A stretch of DNA of 64,000 nt. It comes from Amoebophrya sp. A120 (Eukaryota; Protista; Dinoflagellata). The stretch lies in the NCBI GenBank assembly GCA_905178155.1, contig CAJINV010000010.1:2596466-2660465 (forward strand), in the 5' to 3' direction. Numbering within the stretch: position 1 is the stretch's first letter; the number at the start of each line of letters is the position of its first letter. Made by a program: the position numbers and the translations under genes. Below are positions 59,784 through 64,000 of this stretch, in pieces. Below the pieces are notes generated by a model, which did no database searches, was not told the origin of the DNA, and worked only from the letters and a program-made list of their open reading frames with translations.

Positions 59784-60062
59784 TATCCTGAGTAAAAACG
59801 TACCCACACCAGAGTCAAGATGGGGATTTTGCAACACAAACCTAGGAGTTTTGGGACTCACGCATGACAAGTTTCTGTTTGTAAGGTAGTGCAAGTTAGT
59901 AAGGGAAGCCGCATCACAAATCGACCTGCTGATCCTGTTCACAGCATCACAAATTCCAAAACACGATTGGAAATGGGTCTCATCGGGATGCGCATTACAA
60001 ATGTCTTTGTCATTGCAAATCTGCATTACAACTCTGGGGTGGGTACGTTTTTACTCAGGATA
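59784..60062. mobile_element. Introner, family B (copy duplicated with its flanks from 57561)
   Basis: Same sequence and ATACT direct repeat as 57561-57839. Confidence 0.9.
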
Positions 60063-60163
60063 ATACTGGAGGGAGATTCATCTTCGGCGTCGTTTTCATC
60101 TTCTATATCCGAGTCGGAGAATAGTTTTTCGTCCTTTCCTCGCAGGAAATCGTCCGGTGGTTT

Positions 60164-60974
60164 TATCACATGAGAAACATCCTCAGCTGCATTTTTCCTC
60201 ATAGGGCAAAAAAAATAAATTCACGCATATTTGTAGGTCAGAACTCAAGGCGTGCAGCATCGCCCAAGCGGAAAGCAATTCACGGCAAGTTCGGAAATTA
60301 TGCACCTGCTGTTTATTTGTGAGTGATGGGATTGCTTTGAAAAAGAGGACTCATCGCGACGGTATGGCGCTGAAAAGCATGGCCAAGAAGTGCCTCAGTT
60401 GGCCAAAATTGTGACTGGGACCGTCGAGGCTGTAATGCGGAGAAGGCAAAAAAGATGCTTTTTTTGCAAAAAAAAGCTGTTTTTTTGATCAAAATCCTTG
60501 GGATTTTGACGTCCGAAACCTTGCTATGAGTACTCATTTTTTTTTGCTATGAGTACAAATAACTTCCCCGACGGAGTTCTGGATCAGAACTCTCTCACAA
60601 AGCAGCTCATTTTGATGCTATAGGTCATAGCTTTTCCTAGGGTCAGGAAGGAGAGTGAGTACAAATACGGTAGCAGTGGGAGAGGCTTTTTTTGCATTCA
60701 ATTCCCGATGCTATGGTGGCCCCACAGGGTCACTTTTTTGCTCAAACGCGACGGCGTGCTGTTTTTCTTTTTGCACTGCCGCCGTGATTGGCTTCAATTG
60801 GTCTGCTTTTCGTATCCCAAACACCATCGCAATGCAGCCTGATAGATGGAGGCTGTACCCTATCCCGGAGAACCTGCTGAAAGAAGGGTGGGCCCGGTTC
60901 TGATACATAAAAACCTGCGCAATTTTTTTGGCGCTATGAGGAAAAATACGGCTGAGGACTTTTCTAGTTTGATA
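60164..60974. mobile_element. 811-bp TIR element
   Basis: TATCACATGAGAAACATCCTCAGCTGCATTTTTCCTCATAG / CTATGAGGAAAAATACGGCTGAGGACTTTTCTAGTTTGATA; no clear direct repeat. Confidence 0.75.
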
Positions 60975-63358
60975 GCCTCTGCCCCGGCAGATGAACTACC
61001 ACCAGGCGAGAATAGTTTTCCTCGCAGGAAATCGTCCGGTGGTTTTATCTCTGCCCCGGCAGATGAACTACTACCAGGCGAGAATCATACCAAGAATCGC
61101 AGGAGCAGGGAGAATAACTCCTCTAATCATATTGAATCTGCACGAGCACCTCCTGGAGAAGATAGCGATGTTGGCAATCACGACGTGGTGGCCCAAAAAC
61201 AGGAAAAGTCCTCCCGCCCGGACGAGACCGCGCATGGAGATATTAGTAGAAGAAGGAGCAGCAATAACAGAATACATAGTAGTCGTATTTCTTCATCTTC
61301 TCGTCCGGAGCAGGAGCATGTTCATGCTACAACAGAACCAGCGCGTTCAGATGAAAGACCACAAGAGGAGCCTGCTTCTTCGGGTAGTAGTTCCGATGTA
61401 GAAAGTTCTACATCTACTTCAAGCGAGAATGAAATACGAGCCAATAGTAAAAATACCTCCGAGTCCGAGTCCGAAGAGGATGACGAAGAAGATCCGAAAG
61501 ACAACACCTTCCTACTCAGACGACGGTAGGAGTAGAGAAATTCTTCGTGATCTGATACTAGGTAATTATTTTTCGGATTTATACACATGCGAGGTGATGG
61601 ATCCAATTCCAATTCCTTGTAGTACATGCATCTTTACCTTTTAGACATAATTTTATCCTCAGAAGAATACTAATACTTTGAAGTTTTTCTTTTTTGGATC
61701 GCTACATATGAAAATTTTGTAGCTTATTCGATCTTCTTACGCGACCTCTTCGGTTGAGAAGCAAACCGAAGGTGTTCGTATTATTATTCATCTGAGCAGT
61801 AAGAACCCACATAATTTTAGAAATATTTCACCCATTATCCGACCCCAGTTATTAGTTCTAAAACGCAAGCCCCTATAATTTTTCCTATCGAGATAAAATC
61901 CAGGTTCATCGAGAAGTCACGCGTCTTTCTTTGCACAAGTACGTACTTGCTAAAGACTGATGAGTGACACTTTGAACATATGGATTTTTTTGTGTCGCAG
62001 TGATGAAGAAAACGGACCCGCTTGATGTCTTCGCGTTAGAATCTTCGACTTGATGTACTTACTATCAGTGGCTGTTTCGTGATTTTTGTTTTTTACGATA
62101 ATGGTCGTTTCTGTCTACTGGTCGTTTATGATTCCCGTGCGATTTTTTTGAAAGTGGGACCAACATCTTCAGACTGCCGACTCTGAGGTGGACCGACCCC
62201 CAGTTGTGTTTTTATTTTTTTTTAGGAACCGAGCAGGAACAGGAAGGCAGACCGAGTCGCACAGTGTTATGCTAATGTAAGCAATCCTAAAAATCTGTGC
62301 TGTGGTGTCTTTTTCCTTTTCTCCAGAACTACATGAAACGCAATCGGACCCAACATTTTTGACATCCCCTTTTTTTTTGCTGAATTTGAATTCCATTCCA
62401 ATTGCTGTACAATTTAGATTTTCACGCTTTCGATTCGTATCTGCTTTATCAATTACCGCCTGCCTCTCGCATCCAACTTGCTTTCTGCGTTGTCAAGCGG
62501 GGGGGGCAACTTCTTCCCGGGCGTCGTGATCGTGTTCGTCACCCGTGAAGGAACGCAGTCACAAAGGTCTCATCGTGCTCCTTTTGGTTTCACCGGCCAA
62601 AAATTTTTCACCGAATGAATAAAGATGAAGAAGCATTTTCTTCGTGTCGTGGTTCTCACTAAGCCCGGCGTAGTTCTTCTTCTTGCACAAGACACACAGT
62701 TGTAACAGTTGCAATGCAATAAATTTCGTCATGCGCAGCTGTTGAGGCGATAAATGAAGTGATTTATTTTCGCGTCGTTTGTCCTCGTGGCTTTGGTTTA
62801 TTTTCGTCCGGTTGATGATCGTTCAAGGTTCAAAGAGCTCCTTGTTTCTCTCATCGTGCGTCCTTTTCTTCGTGTAAATCCTCCCTTGTGCAGGCTAACA
62901 AAGTGAATTTTTCAACTATCGTGTCGTTCTCACTGAACAAAAGCAACCACTAAGTGCATCGTCATGCCTACTTTGGACACTTCTATTCCAGACACTATCA
63001 GTAAAGGCACAGGCTTTGATTATCTGACGAAGTCGTTGCCCCGTGAAAAATTCAATTCGAGGAAGGTGTAGTTGTATTAGGAGCCCCTTCTTCGTCTGCA
63101 CGGGAAACTGCACGTAAAGAAAAACGCAGCTGATGGCTAAATTACTCCCCTGTATTTGTACCACTACAAAAACCGCCTCTTCGAGTAAGTACTTGATAGT
63201 TATTTCTCAGGTACAACTAGTGCTTCGTAGTTGTCTTCTAGTATGAGTAAGAAGATGAAAAATAATTCAGACCCAGACGGGGGCCGTAGAGATATTGAAA
63301 AAGTCAAACCACCTAAGTAGCGGAACACGCTTAAAAACAAACAAAGCACTCGACGAAA

Positions 63359-64000
63359 ATGGGCAACGACAATTCCACGCCGGAGCAGACGGAGGAGGCG
63401 ACAACCCAGGCGCCCCCCACGGATCCGTGGGGGATTTTGAAGTCGAAGCTGTGCCTGAACCTAGCGGACATTCAGTTCGTGCACACGCCGCTATCCAAGG
63501 CCCACAGCCCGGACGTGCCGCCCTTCTTCAAGATTTTGAAGTGTACCTGCCCCTACCTGGCGCTGCAGCCGCCGGCGACGTGGCGACCCCGCCAGTCCGG
63601 CTTCGATCCGGAGCCCACGGTATCAATTGCATAAATTATGTCATTTGGGTTTGGAAGTTGTAGAGTGGAACTTGTGATGCTGACTTTGGATCCTTCTACG
63701 AAAAATTGTGTTGCGTCAGCACAAAGAGAAGTAGTAGTCCAGTTTTTGCTACAAAAAGAGTTTTTTTTTTCTGATGCGGTATGGGCATCAGGTTCAGGAT
63801 CAGGAAGTGATAACAAAATCTGTGATGCTAGTCATCACAGACATCATGGGTCAACATGCAAGACATGCATGACAAGTCTTGCAATCATCTTCCAGACTTC
63901 GGACCACCCAGATGACAACATATTTGCCGTTGATACGCGGATTGTCTGCGCGTGTGCGCCGAGAAGTTTTGCACGCAGTACGGCGCCGGCAACATGTGTA
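63359..64000 (+). CDS. Unknown protein, 5' part (possible N-myristoylation signal MGNDNS); runs off the window
   Basis: Frame restored across 63621-63935: FDPEPT|DCLRVCAEKFCTQYGAGNMC. Confidence 0.55.
63621..63935. mobile_element. Introner, family A (degenerate)
   Basis: Direct repeat CACGG/CGCGG. Confidence 0.75.

Larger units (their letters stand above)
57500..61740 (+). repeat. Local tandem duplications of the gene 3' end
   Basis: GACCAGTTTTTGCTGGGTCCCGAGGG... occurs at about 57503, 58624 and 59725; 57940-58620 is duplicated at 61050-61740 (ORF 60846-61529 repeats ...DNTFLLRRR*). Confidence 0.85.

Overview
Eukaryotic, gene-dense DNA with no prokaryotic operon structure. The intron style resembles that described for the parasitic dinoflagellate Amoebophrya (inference from sequence style only). 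Host genes, mostly on the + strand, include an F-box/LRR-type protein, a T4 Rnl1-like RNA ligase and three Cys-rich type I membrane proteins. They are broken by more than 40 short (150-800 bp) non-GT-AG insertions of the form [5-bp direct repeat] TAT(C/G)...TIR...(G/C)ATA [5-bp direct repeat]. Removing an element plus one repeat copy restores the reading frame in nearly every case traced, so they look like introner-type non-canonical introns. The standout feature is a 16,323-bp transposon (13243-29565) inserted in frame in the RNA ligase gene. It has 372-bp TIRs and an 8-bp TSD (CAATCCCC), and encodes a hAT-like DDE transposase, a ParB/Srx-like multi-exon protein and an intact tyrosine recombinase nested antisense in an intron. 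It also carries a 168-bp palindrome whose axis (21403/21404) lies within 1 bp of the exact midpoint of the element. All calls are by eye; no database searches were run.
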